Positions 1 to 11,530 of a stretch of 64,000 bases of DNA are shown piece after piece. The notes under the pieces are model-generated. The model did no database searches, had not been told where the DNA came from, and was given only the letters and a program-made list of their open reading frames with translations. Source of the stretch: Octopus sinensis (taxonomy: Eukaryota); NCBI RefSeq assembly GCF_006345805.1, contig NC_043007.1, forward strand, positions 5,208,001 to 5,272,000. The letters are read 5' to 3'. A program made the translations under genes and the position numbers. Position 1 is the first letter of the stretch, and every line of letters starts with the position of its first letter.

Positions 1-515
1 GATCTTAATTGATTGGAAGTGTTATCAAATACATTGTTTTGTCTTGCTATAAAAGATGGCCTACAGCAAATATTCTGCTCAATACCACAGATTTGCTTGT
101 CAGTTGTTTAACCTTAACCAGTTGAGCATGTCCCTTGGTAGCTGACAATATGTGCATCTCTGATCACAAGCAGAAGTAGTGGGGAGTATCATAGCCATGT
201 GTTGAGAGGGATTGTTGGAGGTTTGGATAATTCACCTCTGGAAACGTGGGTGGTTCGTTCAACATCCTTAAACAACCCTTATTCAGGGACCTTTTGAGTG
301 GGATGGGCTTCTCGACCAGAAGAAAATTCTAACTGGGCCCCACCTGCAAGGTCATGCACTGTTTATCTTGATATGAGATTATCATGTCGCACACACATGG
401 TTGTGATGCATGTGCCTAGTGTACCCTTATCAGACGGGTAGTCATGATGGCTTTGTATATTTGTACCCCAGTGTCATTTTGATGGTATGCCCTGCTCTCC
501 CACTCAATAATAATA
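1..515 (+). mobile_element. 3' portion of an interspersed repeat ending in an (AAT)n tail (SINE or LINE 3' UTR)
   Basis: Non-coding, complex sequence ending ...ctcccactc-aataataataa. Single copy in the window; the family assignment is from recall only. Confidence 0.35.
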
Positions 516-931
516 ATAAAAATAATAATCATATTGGTATCACATATAGGTATAGGATGAGTAATTTTATTGACTCCAGAAAGATGGAAAGGGAAGTTGA
601 CTATTGCAGGATTGAAACTTTTAGCATAAAGAACCGGAAGAAATTCTTCCTTAAGACATTTTGCCCAGCACTCGTCCAAAAAACTAACAATAATAATCCT
701 TGGAGGAATGAAAGACGAAGTGAACTTTGGCAGGATTTGAACCCAGAACATAAAGAGAAAGAACAAATATAGCAAGACATACTCTAACATTTCTGCCAAG
801 CTGCTGCTATAGACTAGAAGTTAATTGCATCGACCCATGAGCGGATGAAAGGCAAAGTTGAGAAGGATTTGAAACCAGAACATAAAGAGCAAGATACAAA
901 ATACTGCCTCAAGGGATCTTTACTAAATACC

Positions 932-1163
932 TATTTATTTACTACCCACAAGGGGCTAAACACAGAGGGGACAAACAAGGACAGACAAATGGATTAAGTC
1001 GATTATATCGACCCCAGTGCATAACTGGTACTTATTTAATTGACCCCGAAAGGATGAAAGGCAAAGTCGACCTCGGCGGAATTTAAACTCAGAACATAGC
1101 AGCAGACGAAATATGGCTAAGCATTTCGCCCGGCGTGCTAACGTTTCTGCCAGCTCACCGTCA
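932..1163 (-). mobile_element. SINE family A (tRNA-derived, ~230 bp), full length
   Basis: Minus strand has A-box TGGCAGAAACG, B-box GAGTTTAAATTCC and core GTCGACTTTGCCTTTCATCCTTTCGGGGTC. 12-bp TSD ttactaaatacc at 920-931 and 1164-1175. Many copies in the window. Confidence 0.9.
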
Positions 1164-1807
1164 TTACTAAATACCATGAGGTATTTTGTCTAAGATTTTA
1201 CCAATCTCTCAATGACAATACTGCACTTAAGCATATGCACACACACACACACACACACACACACAGGCTTTGGGAATAGAGAAGTGCACCTGGAGGTGAA
1301 GTGGAAACTCACATGAAACTATTCAAACAAGATAATCATAATTTCTTCTCTTGTTTCTTTCACGTTTGCCAATCTTCATTGAATGAGCTTAGAACGATAA
1401 CAAAAGAAGAAAAGTGACTTCAGAATCAATGAAAGAAAATGTCTAAAATGAAATATAATGTTTGCTAAAGGAAATGAGTCTACTGACATGAATTTACATT
1501 CTTTCATTTGTAATTGCAGGACAATAAACTGATGACAATGAAGCCGTATCTTATGATATTTATCGGTTGATGTCTTTGGAGTCAAGCTTCATATTGCAGG
1601 AAGCAAGCCTTTGGCTAATTGAAATGGCTTTTCATTTGCTTTTACTTACACAACAAATGCTCTCAGTAAAGACAGGGGTACTCTAAATAGTGAACATCTA
1701 GACGAGGGGGGTGGGCATCCCCTATGTAGGTTAAGGGATGTCTAGATATGCAGCAGGTTTATAGAATTAGAAGATCTAAAGGGCATCCAAAGATCAATGC
1801 TGACCAG

Positions 1808-2185
1808 GTGCAGGCATGGCTGCAGTCTGGTTCGGAATCTCAATTTGCGACCTTATGGTTTCAGGCCCCGTCCCACTGCATGGCAAATGTCTCCTACTAA
1901 TGCCCTGGGATGACCAATGCCATCTGAGTGAATTTGGTGGATGAAATCAATGCAGAAGCCCATAAACACACACACACACACACACACGTACGTGTGTGTC
2001 AGTGCTTAACCTATCAACTGGTAATGGCTTATTTACAACTTCACAACTTTGCAGTTCAGCAAAAAAGAACAATAGAATATGTAAGAGATATAAAGAGAAT
2101 AAGTAGTGAGAATGATGTGTTCAACTAAAACACTGCAAAGTAATGCTCCAGCATGGCTGCAATCCAATGACTGAAACCAGCAACA
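1808..2185 (+). mobile_element. SINE family B, degenerate copy
   Basis: Aligns by eye to 15003-15409 (head, internal dinucleotide run, tail gctccagcatggctgca..atgactgaaac). Confidence 0.65.
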
Positions 2186-3496
2186 GATAAAGGCTCATTT
2201 GCATATTTATGGCTTAGAAAGATGACTTTGAGGAAGACAACAAAAGATGGTGAAGCTGGCATGCTCCTCTCCCTTTTCCATGATGACATGGAGAACGGAG
2301 ACACACATGCAGATCTCCTTTTTCCATGGCACCAGTTTTTATCCAAGAGAAAAGTCACCAACTTGCACCAACACAGCTTGGCAATAGTGTCATTAGATAT
2401 GTTAGTGTCGGAAGGCTAGGGGCTGGAACAGATACTGTAAGGTGTCTCGGTCAACCCTCTAACCGTTCTATCAATCCGCCACCTTGGTTGGTACTTTTTT
2501 ATTGATCCCTGAAAAAATGAAAGGTAAAGGTGACTTTAATGAGGTTTGAACTCAGAGCACAGAGAACCAGAATAAATATTGCTAGGCATTCTAGCCGTCA
2601 CTTCAATAACTTTACCTTAAACCTTTAGCATTCTAATTACTCTGACAAAGGCTTTATTTATTCAAATCATTTTGAATTAATCATTTTTTTGTAACTTCAA
2701 TATTTCAACGATGTAATTGTTTATGTTTAGAATGACATTGTTGGGTAGGTGTAAGAGGTCAGATCTGGCCAGTTTGAACATTCAATGACTAAATCAAATT
2801 CGATGACTGGCATCCGTGCTAGTGGAGCGCTAAGAGAACCACAATCGTAAGCACTTGAAAGACTATTGAAATATCATGGATATCTAAGGTTACAGGTAAT
2901 AACCTGCTACCCACATAAATTCTGCCAGGAATAAGAATGAACCAGAGTCAAATCAATAATAATAATAATGATGATGATAATAATGAAACTAGGAAAGAAA
3001 ATAATGCAAGATGAACAAAATTAAAACAGTGACAAATATTATTACAAATGTAAAAAAAAAAATACGAAAAAAAAAAGAAAAAGGAAAAAGAAATTCCTTT
3101 AGAATTCCTCCTGACTGCCAGAAATGTTAGCTTGAAAAACAGCCAAATAATCTCAGAGTAAACAGATTTTTCTCTATTGGTTGGTTGTATACATGATAAT
3201 AGTATGTATGTGTGTGTGTGTGTGTGTGTTGAATACAGAAAGCTTATAATGTAGCCCGGCTATCAAGAATTACTGTTGCCTTCTTGGACTGGCCCCCACG
3301 CCACACTTATAGAGTTTGCTTTTCTGTTTATCTCTTGACTCTTTCATGCTAACACACCCCTCCACCATTCCATTCTTTTCTTTCTCTCCCATGCACACAC
3401 ATTCACACAGATTGGAATTATTTATTAAATGGAAGAAAGAATGAAGATTATTTTTTCGTAAATCTGTCTTATCAAATTTTCACATATATATATGTA

Positions 3497-3546
<50 letters not shown>

Positions 3547-3851
3547 CACCCTCATCAATCCGCCCATCCATCCACCCATACATACAAATGGCACAGCTAT
3601 ACGGTTTGGAGCAGAAGCAGTGTTTGAATCCTGCCGGTGATGTTACCACTTATATTTCCATCTTATACGTGCACAGACATACACACACATATGTACAGAA
3701 ATGCGTATTTATATACGTAAATATATGATTATACAAATTAATTGTTATCGCCATATTAATATGGCATTCTTATAGAGACTTAGTAATTTTAATATTTCTA
3801 TGATGATTATACATATATAATCAAAATAATCAACAGGATATCAAATAGTGA

Positions 3852-3937
3852 TGCATTACAACCATTTCAAGTGGCTTCATTTAATTGAACAAGGCAATCA
3901 TTGCATCAATTTAAATGCAGTGCCATCATCAGCTGCA
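3852..3937 (-). ncRNA. Type I hammerhead ribozyme motif with extended stem II, in a Penelope-like remnant (~3745-3975)
   Basis: Minus strand: tgcag-CTGATGA-tggc...long stem II...gccactt-GAAA-tggttg-TA-atgca. Flank atcaaaataa.caacaggatatc is shared with the 14731 element. Confidence 0.7.
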
Positions 3938-4082
3938 CAAATAAACAGGATTTTAACGAGTTGGACACATTAATATAATTTTTTCTCAAATACTTTAACA
4001 GAGCAAACAGATGGAAGAAATCCATGTTGTAGCTAAGAATAGACTACACTTGGAAGTGTAGCACTACTTCTAAACTATATCA

Positions 4083-4454
4083 TTTTCTGCAACCCCATCA
4101 CCCCTAACATCTGCCACCTAACTCCTCAGACTGCAACCCCCTTTATTATGTGTGGGGTGCAGTTGAGCAAGAGACCAATAAAACTCCTTATAACACCAAA
4201 GATGAACTGAAGGCAGGGATTATGGCTGCATTCACCGACTTAAACAAGGAGACTGTCCAGAAGAGTTGCAGGAGATTCCAAAGTCGTCTGGAGGCCTTGG
4301 TTGAAGCCAATGGCGATTTTATAGAATAAATTTACTCTTTAATATTTCAAGATATTTCTATATAATTTTGGTAAATTTATCTGTTAAAATGAGATGTTAG
4401 TGATATTTTCATTTTTGCGTAATTTAGACGACAGTTTGTTCACCACACCCCGTA
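4083..4454 (+). mobile_element. Tc1/mariner maT (DD37D) transposase 3' fragment with right end
   Basis: Translates with small indels as PPNSSDCNPL.YYVWGAVEQETNKTPYNTKDELKAGIMAAFTDLNKETVQKSCRRFQSRLEALVEANGDFIE*. Ends ...caccccg-TA. Same family as 60962-61346. Confidence 0.9.
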
Positions 4455-4488
4455 TATGTATGAGTATATACATATATATGTATATATA

Positions 4489-4858
4489 GATGCAGGAGTG
4501 GTTGTGTGGTAAGAAGCTTGCTTCCCAATCACTTGGTTCTGGGTTCAGTCCCACTGCGTGGCACCTTGGGCAAGTGTCTTCTACTATAGCCTTGAGCCGA
4601 CCAAAGCCTTGTAAGTGGATTTGGTAGACAGAAACTTAAAGAAGCCCTGTGTGTGTGTGTATATTTGTCCCTTACCATCACTTGACAACCAATGTTGGTG
4701 TGTGTATGTTCCCATAACTTAGCAGTTCGGCAAAAGAGACTGATAGAAAAAGTACTAGGCTCACAAAGAATAAGTCCTGGGTTTGATCTGTTCAACTAAA
4801 GGTGGTGCTCCAGCATGGCTGCAGTTAAATGACCGAAACAAGCAAAAGAATAAAAGAA
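4489..4858 (+). mobile_element. SINE family B (tRNA head, CORE-like domain, internal (TG)n, tail), full length
   Basis: A-box TGGTTGTGTGG, B-box GGTTCAGTCCC, CORE-like GCACCTTGGGCAAGTGTCTT, tail ...GAAACAAG-(AAAAGA). Inserted in a (TA)n run. Confidence 0.9.
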
Positions 4859-5262
4859 TATATATATATATACATATATATATATGTGTGTATCTATGTG
4901 TGTGTCTGCTTGTCTTGCCATCACGTGGTAGTTGTAAATGGGTGCCACTGCCATACAAATGGTGGCATCCATTTCCAATATTCTGGGCAGACATGTCTGG
5001 CCACGGGGAAATACTGTCTGGTTTGAAAGCAGGTGAGAGTTGGTGACAGGAAAGGCATCCGGCCATTGGAAACTGCATCAGTAAACTCCGTCTGGAAAAT
5101 TGGACATTAAAACGGTGGAGTAGACTTCTACGAGGTCAGCTCCTGTCAAGAGTCCTATCCATGGAAGAGGCATGTTAAATGATGATGATGATGATGATAT
5201 ATTAATGTTGATTTTATGTTTAGTTATAGAAACAATTTTACATTAATCTGATGGGTTACTCT

Positions 5263-5420
5263 TCACGGAGTGGTTGGCATTAGGAAGGGCATCCAGCTGT
5301 AGAAACTCTGCCAGATCAGACTGGAGCCTGGTGCAGCCCCTAGCTTCCCAGACCCCGGTCGAACCGTCCAACCCGTGCTAGCGCGGAAAACCGATGTTAA
5401 ACGATGATGATGATGATGAT
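5263..5420 (+). mobile_element. SINE family C 3' part with (GAT)n tail
   Basis: GGCATTAGGAAGGGCATCCAGCTGTAGAAAC...GTTAAAC(GAT)n, shared with more than 12 copies in the window. Confidence 0.85.
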
Positions 5421-5424
5421 TGAT

Positions 5425-5661
5425 GAAGGTGTTTATAAGCCATTTAAGAAACACACAAAAACCGTTAGATTCACTTCAACATTTAAATTTAATTTGTCAA
5501 AATATTTTTGTCGCTTTGTGACCGCGACCTGTTCACTGACAAAACTTTGTGCTGCATCTCGCAGTCTCAAAGCGACAAAAATATTTTGACAAATTAAATT
5601 TAAATGTTGAAGAGAATCTAACGGTTTTTGTGTGTTTCTTAAATTGCTTATAAACACCTTC
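5425..5661. repeat. Near-perfect foldback (~103-bp arms), Penelope-like inverted terminal structure
   Basis: 5425-5527 is the reverse complement of 5559-5661 with about 4 mismatches. Confidence 0.9.
5493..5543 (-). ncRNA. Hammerhead ribozyme-like motif with G3:C8 swapped core
   Basis: Minus strand: TTTGTCA-GTGAACA-g-GTCGC-loop-GCGAC-(a)AA-AATATT-T-TGACAAA. 7-bp stem I, 5-bp stem II and palindromic stem III. G12 is A in this copy, consistent with CpG decay. Confidence 0.6.
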
Positions 5662-5814
5662 CACACTGCAATTGTTTTCGTTCCAGCACACAATCTCAGA
5701 TCAGGTCACTTGCTATGCAAGTACATCACCCTAAAATTTATTAATCTTATACGAGAAAGTTGTTGATAATAACTTTAAAGTTTCAACCTGTTAATCCAAT
5801 TCAACAGGCAGAAA

Positions 5815-5995
5815 TATAGAAAAAAAAGGAGTTAAAAATGAATTGGGAGTCTTTTAGATGCTTTAGTTTTAAGGCCTTCACTGGTTTCGCATATTCCTAT
5901 CTCACTTTACTTCTGAGGATCAGGACAATCTATGAAACCAGTTAAGCCTTTAAATCCAAAAGACTCCTAATGCATTATCAATTTCTTTTTCTATA
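5815..5995. mobile_element. Second Penelope-like foldback with degenerate hammerhead (+, 5909-5947)
   Basis: Imperfect inverted arms (gggagtcttt/aaagactcct; actggtttc/gaaaccagt). Plus strand ctt-CTGAGGA...GAAACCAGT-T-aag. Confidence 0.55.
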
Positions 5996-6500
5996 TATAC
6001 ACTCATCTACATCTATATACACACACATACACATATGGATAGCTAGATGAATATATTGATATACATCACCAATGTATTCCTTATTCTTTTATTGTTTTAC
6101 ATGTTTAACCCCATAGGCTGCGGCTCTGCTGGAGCACTGCTTTCTCAGTCCTGGAAGTAACGTAATAATTAAATACGTGAAAGACAAATGCTATTTAACA
6201 ACAGTTTCCTGTTTTGATTCCTGATACTTGCCGAAAACCAAATTGAAGCAAATTGATATCAACCTTTGAAGAATGCAGGATTTGGCTGCTCCGTGCTCTT
6301 CATTTTAGCAGATTTAATCCTCTTTCAAGAAGGGTATTGAAGAGAAAGAGTAGAAACACATTTGGCACTTCCAAGAAAAACTAGGAAGGACACATACGTG
6401 CAGAGTAAAACTTGATCCCTCTGGGTGAGTGTGCCATCCTTCTTGCCTCTGCTTATAAGATTCAATGTTCTTTTTCCTTTGACATCTTCAATCTCCATTT

Positions 6501-6880
6501 TATCATCATCATTTTTCGACCGTGGTCGAGACAATGGAATTTACTATGTTATGCCAGACTTCATGGTCCATCATAGCATTATGGAAGTCCTGTTGCTGGA
6601 TGTTTGTATCCCTGGAGATTACATCAGGGTAGGAGAGTGTGCGCCCTCTGGTATCATGAGCAGAAGGCTTCCAGAGGAGAAGAGTAGAAATTGCCTCGTT
6701 TTCAGCTCTACAACAATATCCAGCAAACTGGACTCTTCTACCTTTCACAAGAGGTGATACAGGTGGCAATTTCCCATATATTTGTACTTTGGTTGGATGA
6801 CGCTTTCACGAGAGATTTTGAGCTTTCATAAGGAGGCGAGTGTAAGTTCCATTCAGCCGCCTCTCAAGCTTCTTTGATAA
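6501..6880 (-). mobile_element. RTE-clade LINE 3' fragment (ORF C-terminus and (GAT)n tail)
   Basis: LSKKLERRLNGTYTRLLMKAQNLS*KRHPTKVQIYGKLPPVSPLVKGRRVQFAGYCCR...LLLWKP...RGRTLSYPDVISRDT...MMDHEVWHNIV, a typical RTE C-terminus with an internal stop. Confidence 0.9.
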
Positions 6881-6898
6881 CACACGCACACACACACC

Positions 6899-7052
6899 AT
6901 CATCATCATCATTGTTCAACCATGGTCGAGACAATGGAATTTACTGTGTTATGCCAGACTTCACGGTCCATCATAGCATTACGGAGGTCCTGTTGCTGTA
7001 TGCCTGTATCCCTGGAAATTACATCAGCATAGGAGAGTGTGCGCCCTCTGGT
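6899..7052 (-). mobile_element. Second, shorter 3' copy of the same RTE LINE
   Basis: About 85-90% identical by eye to 6501-6652. Confidence 0.85.
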
Positions 7053-7557
7053 TTCGCGAGCATCTGCTCCATTTTATAGTGAGATTGCCAGAACTGAAAG
7101 CATGTAGGAATGATGCCTGGCACTCCTGAAGCATTAATGTTCCACTCAAAGTAGTTTTCTGCTGGTCTTTGAACCACTTTTTTGATCCAACAGTCAGGTG
7201 TTGACAATGTTGCTACTGGCCGTACCATACGTATAGCATACATGTCTTCTATTTGTCCAAGATGTCACAATTCATGCTCTGTGTATAGAACAGATTCAAT
7301 AATAGTGCAGGTGTAGATTTGATAGAAGATTTTTTTATGAGTAATCCTATCACATCAGGTGATAGAAACGATCTTATGAAGACAGTGGGGTGAGGGCTTA
7401 AAAATCTCTTTTGTCTTAATATGCCAGAAGTATGTGGCCCATGTCTCAAACATATAGAAAATAGGGGGGAAAACAGATTACCTGAGAGACTGGAACCTTC
7501 GTATGAAGGCTGGAGTGTTTAGAAAGACTCTGTGAGTGTTTCTTTGGAAGAACTCAC

Positions 7558-7682
7558 CTTGCAATGGCGGCGGATGCCTGTGTGAGGTTGTTTAGAATGC
7601 TTGCCATCCAATGTGCATTGATTGGAAATGATGTTGTCCAGGTGTTTGGATTGGGAAAGTGCAGCTTGTTGTTGTTGTTGAA
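7558..7682 (-). CDS. Candidate internal exon (125 nt) of an unidentified host gene
   Basis: Strong acceptor cctttcctccttctcactttctcAG and consensus donor AAG|GTGAGT in non-repeat DNA. Two frames are open (QQQQQAALSQSKHLDNIISNQCTLDGKHSKQPHTGIRRHCK or FNNNNKLHFPNPNTWTTSFPINAHWMASILNNLTQASAAIA). No protein family recognised. Confidence 0.45.
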
Positions 7683-8585
7683 CTGAGAAAGTGAGAAGGA
7701 GGAAAGGTAGGGCAGTATGCCATTGGCAGATGTGTGTATCTATGTGTCTATATACACTTGCATACACACGTATGTGTGTGTGTATGTGTATATACACACA
7801 CATATATATGTTCATACCAATATAATACATATTATATGCTTAAACATTAATATATATATCCACGCACAACATACCTACAAGCATACATATATTATGCCTA
7901 TAAGCATTTATATTTATATATATATAATCATCATCATCATTGTCCTTTATATAATCAGTTAAACTTCTTAACCAAAATATCAATGTTGGCACACACAGAG
8001 CTGTTGGATATTAACTTCATTTTGTTCAGTGAAGGATGAAAAAAAAATTCTCAGAAACATCACTTAACAACAACTTGAGATGTTTGCTCTTCTTCTCTTA
8101 TTTATTTCCTTGTTGCAAATGAGAGGGGGGATCGACCCATGGACTTTTACCACCACCACCACCACCACTTTACATCCATTTCCATGCTTCCATCAGCTGG
8201 ACTGTTCAACAGGAGATAAGTGAGTTGAAAGACTACTTGCTCCAATATCTTCGCTTGGGCACAGTTTCTATGGCTGGATGCTCTTCCCCACGGCAACCAT
8301 TCCACAGAGTGGACTGTAAAAGTGCAAATTTTCAAGGCACCAGCACAAAAAAAGAGGTTTCCTTGCCATTTGCAAAAACTAAAAACCATTCTCAAGCCCT
8401 GTGGTGTTGTTGGTGAATTCAATTTGCCAAACACTTCTGTACTGAGTGCTTCGTGTGGCACCAGTACTGGTGAGTTTGCCACATGGATCACAAAGGTAGA
8501 AAAAGTGCCCCATGATGTTATGAATCAGGTTTATTATAGTGAGAGGACGAGAGTGGAGAGAATAACAGAGAGCAACAATGGGGCC

Positions 8586-8762
8586 ATCATCATCATCATC
8601 GTTTAACGTCCGCTTTCCATGCTAGCATGGGTTGGACGAATGACTGAGGGCTGGCGAACCAGATGGCTGCACCAGGCTTCAATCTTGATCTGGCAGAGTT
8701 TCTACAGCTGGATGCCCTTCCTAATGCCAACCACTCCGAGAGTGTAGTGGGTGCTTTTACAT
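8586..8762 (-). mobile_element. SINE family C 3' part
   Basis: (CAT)n-cgtttaacgtccgctttccatgctagc... is the reverse complement of the family C tail. Confidence 0.85.
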
Positions 8763-9112
8763 GCTATGAATGACAAAATTTCTAGCAGATATAAAGGGAC
8801 ATTGCTGAGTTTGTGGCATATGTCTATTCAAAGGTTGAACCTTTGAGTTAATGAAGGGATGTTTATATAGTCTTTTGACAGATTAGAAACCACAGCTAAA
8901 TCTCCCTCATATAAATTGCTATAGAAGCAGTTTCCAACTCTTTTTATTATCTCTTTTAAGTTAAATTTTCTATAGACCCCTGGGTCACTTAACAGACCCC
9001 TAGACCTTCAGTACTTTGTTTGAAGACTTCCCTCACCTTCACCACCATCACCAAGGATGTGAAAGCCCTTGGCTACCAACACTGCCCTACAGATTAAGAA
9101 AAAGACATTGTG

Positions 9113-9225
9113 TACGAGGTGGGACTGAAAAGTTCCTAGCTTTGAGTAAAAGGAAATACAGGCGGATCAGTTAATTGTGATTTTCTTCAACATATTCCCC
9201 TCTCAGATTCACATGCTTATTGCAC
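9113..9225 (+). mobile_element. Mariner-type terminal fragment
   Basis: TA-CGAGGTGGGACTGAAAAGTTCC resembles a mariner TIR start. No partner end seen. Confidence 0.5.
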
Positions 9226-9371
9226 AATTTGAGATGGTGATGATTGTTATGATGATGATGATGATGATGATGAAGACGATGATGATGATGATGTGTTTTT
9301 AAGTTGGTGTTATAAACAAATGAAACGCAGAGTATTCAATTCATGTAGAATAACAGTTATACTTGGATTTT

Positions 9372-9523
9372 GTTCAAATTCTGCCGAGGTCGACTTTGCC
9401 TTTCATCCTTTTGGGGTCGATAAATAAAGCACCAGTTTCGCACTGAGGTCAATATAATTGACTTAATCCCTTTGTCTGTCCTTGCTTGTCCCCGCTATCT
9501 TTAACCCCTTGTAGGCAGTAAAG

Positions 9524-9527
<4 letters not shown>
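9372..9527 (+). mobile_element. SINE family A, 5'-truncated, ending in (TA)n
   Basis: Matches the family A core and tail. Confidence 0.85.
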
Positions 9528-9575
<48 letters not shown>

Positions 9576-9683
9576 TATATAATTAGGGTTCAGCAACGAT
9601 TTGCTTCACCACATATCGAAGTTTAGAAATATATATATATATATATATTAAGAGAGAGAGAGAGAAAGACAGGTATAGTTTGA

Positions 9684-9785
9684 TTCTCTGCCTGAAGAAT
9701 TTCTAATAGGAGATATCTTATATATTTATCCTACAAGTACAATCTTGGAACTCCTATTAGCAAATGAAACATGTGTAATGGTGAA
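9684..9785 (+). ncRNA. Hammerhead ribozyme motif with long stem II (Penelope-like remnant)
   Basis: CTGAAGA (9692-9698), stem II ATTTCTAATAGGAG / CTCCTATTAG-c-AAAT, then GAA-ACATGT (palindromic)-GTA. Stem I is degenerate (ttctctgc/atggtgaa). Confidence 0.65.
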
Positions 9786-11204
9786 TAAAAAATACCAAAA
9801 CATTTCCAGCATCCTGTTTCAATGTATAATTATTCTGCAAAGAATATTTCCAGAATTTTCAACTCTTATTGTGTATCTTACATAAATATGACATCTACAC
9901 ACAGCATTGGAAGACTGGAATAAGCAGATGTGCTTCAAGAGGACTCGGCTTAGATTTGGACCCTAGCTACATGGCATAGATAGATAGATATATAGACAGA
10001 CTGACAGACAGACTCACGAATGGAAAAATTGACAGCTAGAAAGTGAAACAGACAGACAGATATGTATGTGTGTGTGTGTGTTTGTCACCACCCCTCACTT
10101 GATTCGTTTACACCCCTATAACTTAGCAGTCCAAGAAAAGGAACTAATAGAGTAAAGTAAGTATTGGAATTACAAACAGAATCATTCAAGAAATGCCCCC
10201 AACATTGCTGCAGTCCAGTGACTGGAACAAGTAAAAATAGTGGAAGACTAAAAAATAATGCTCCATTATGGTCATAGCCTAGCAATCTGATAAATGGAAT
10301 GAAAAAAAAAAAATTGCCAAAACTAAAACAAGATTGCATCCAAATGTTACCACAAGGACAAATTATTCCTGAAAAACTACAACAGTGAAATGAAACATCA
10401 CTGATCCTCTGAATGTAAAATGGATCTGTCTAAATAGAAACAGGATTATTAACACACATGCTGCCTCATAATGCTAAATGTCAGGAACCAATGCTGCCAT
10501 TTTTGAAAGATTTCTTCATTAATATTTTTAAAGACCACCAGCTGGTGTGAAACTTTGAACAATGGCTCAATCGATTTTAAGGTCTAATGGGGAAATTTTT
10601 TTTCATTTTAATTATTTATATTTTCATGACTAATTGCATAATTAATTTTTTTTTAAATGGTATTTAGATCCTGTAAAAATTTAAAATTTTGAATATTTTG
10701 TAGTTATTATTGAATTTTAACATTTCTTTTAAATGAGGTTTGATATTAAGATTTAAAGATTAAAACTTTTCATTTCATTCAAACACATCTAGGTTACATT
10801 CACACTTTTATAGTCTGGTTTGACAAAAGAAATTCCACTAAAAAAGTAAATATATAAAAAATATTTTCATATATTTTACTTTTTCTTGATAGATTTCTGT
10901 TTTGTTTTGGTATTTGTTTTGCATGCCAGTTCCCTTTTCTTGTTTCATTTCTCTTCTCGTTTATTCTTATATAAATCACAGTTAATTAACTTTCTAAATT
11001 CTATTCTGTCTTATATCTCACAAATTCTCGGTTTCCTTTTTCTACACCCTTGTAGACAAAAGTCTCCAGGAAAATATGACAAAATTGGTCAGAAACATGG
11101 CCCTGAAATGACCCTCTATCATAGAAAATCTTTTTCTTATAATTCATTTTGATTTTAACTCTTGATACCAAAGATGCCAGTTCTTGGTTCTATGATACAA
11201 TCTA

Positions 11205-11530
11205 CCTGACTTGACTTGACTTGAGACAGCATTCACCCAGGGTGGGTTGAGCTGGCTCCATTCATCCTCAATGCTGCATCTCTCACAAACGCTGACCAGA
11301 CCTGGCGATTTGAGGTTAACGACCGCGTGATCTCCAACCACTCCTTATTCCAGCGGCGAACACCATAGATATGGGGGCCTAGGTTGGGTTCCAGATCAGC
11401 CTTGACTGTCATCAGCCAGGTTTTTCGTTGTCCACCACATCGCTTTCGCCAATCCTGAAGGGGATCTGGGGCAATTGCTTCATAGACGAATTCTCCTGGT
11501 TGATGATGGAGGGCATGACCCAGCAAACAT
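11205..11530 (-). mobile_element. RTE-clade LINE 3' fragment with (CAAGT)n tail
   Basis: LGHALHHQPGE...WRKRCGGQRKTWLMTVKADLEP..GP.IYG.RRWNKEWL......NRQVWSAFVRDA.....STHPG* followed by caagtcaagtcaagtc. Confidence 0.85.

Noticed and set aside
7060-7450. Possible Rex1/L2-like LINE remnant on the minus strand (TIIESVL, VWYG, KKVVQ)
   Set aside because: Motifs are scattered across frames and too degenerate to call.
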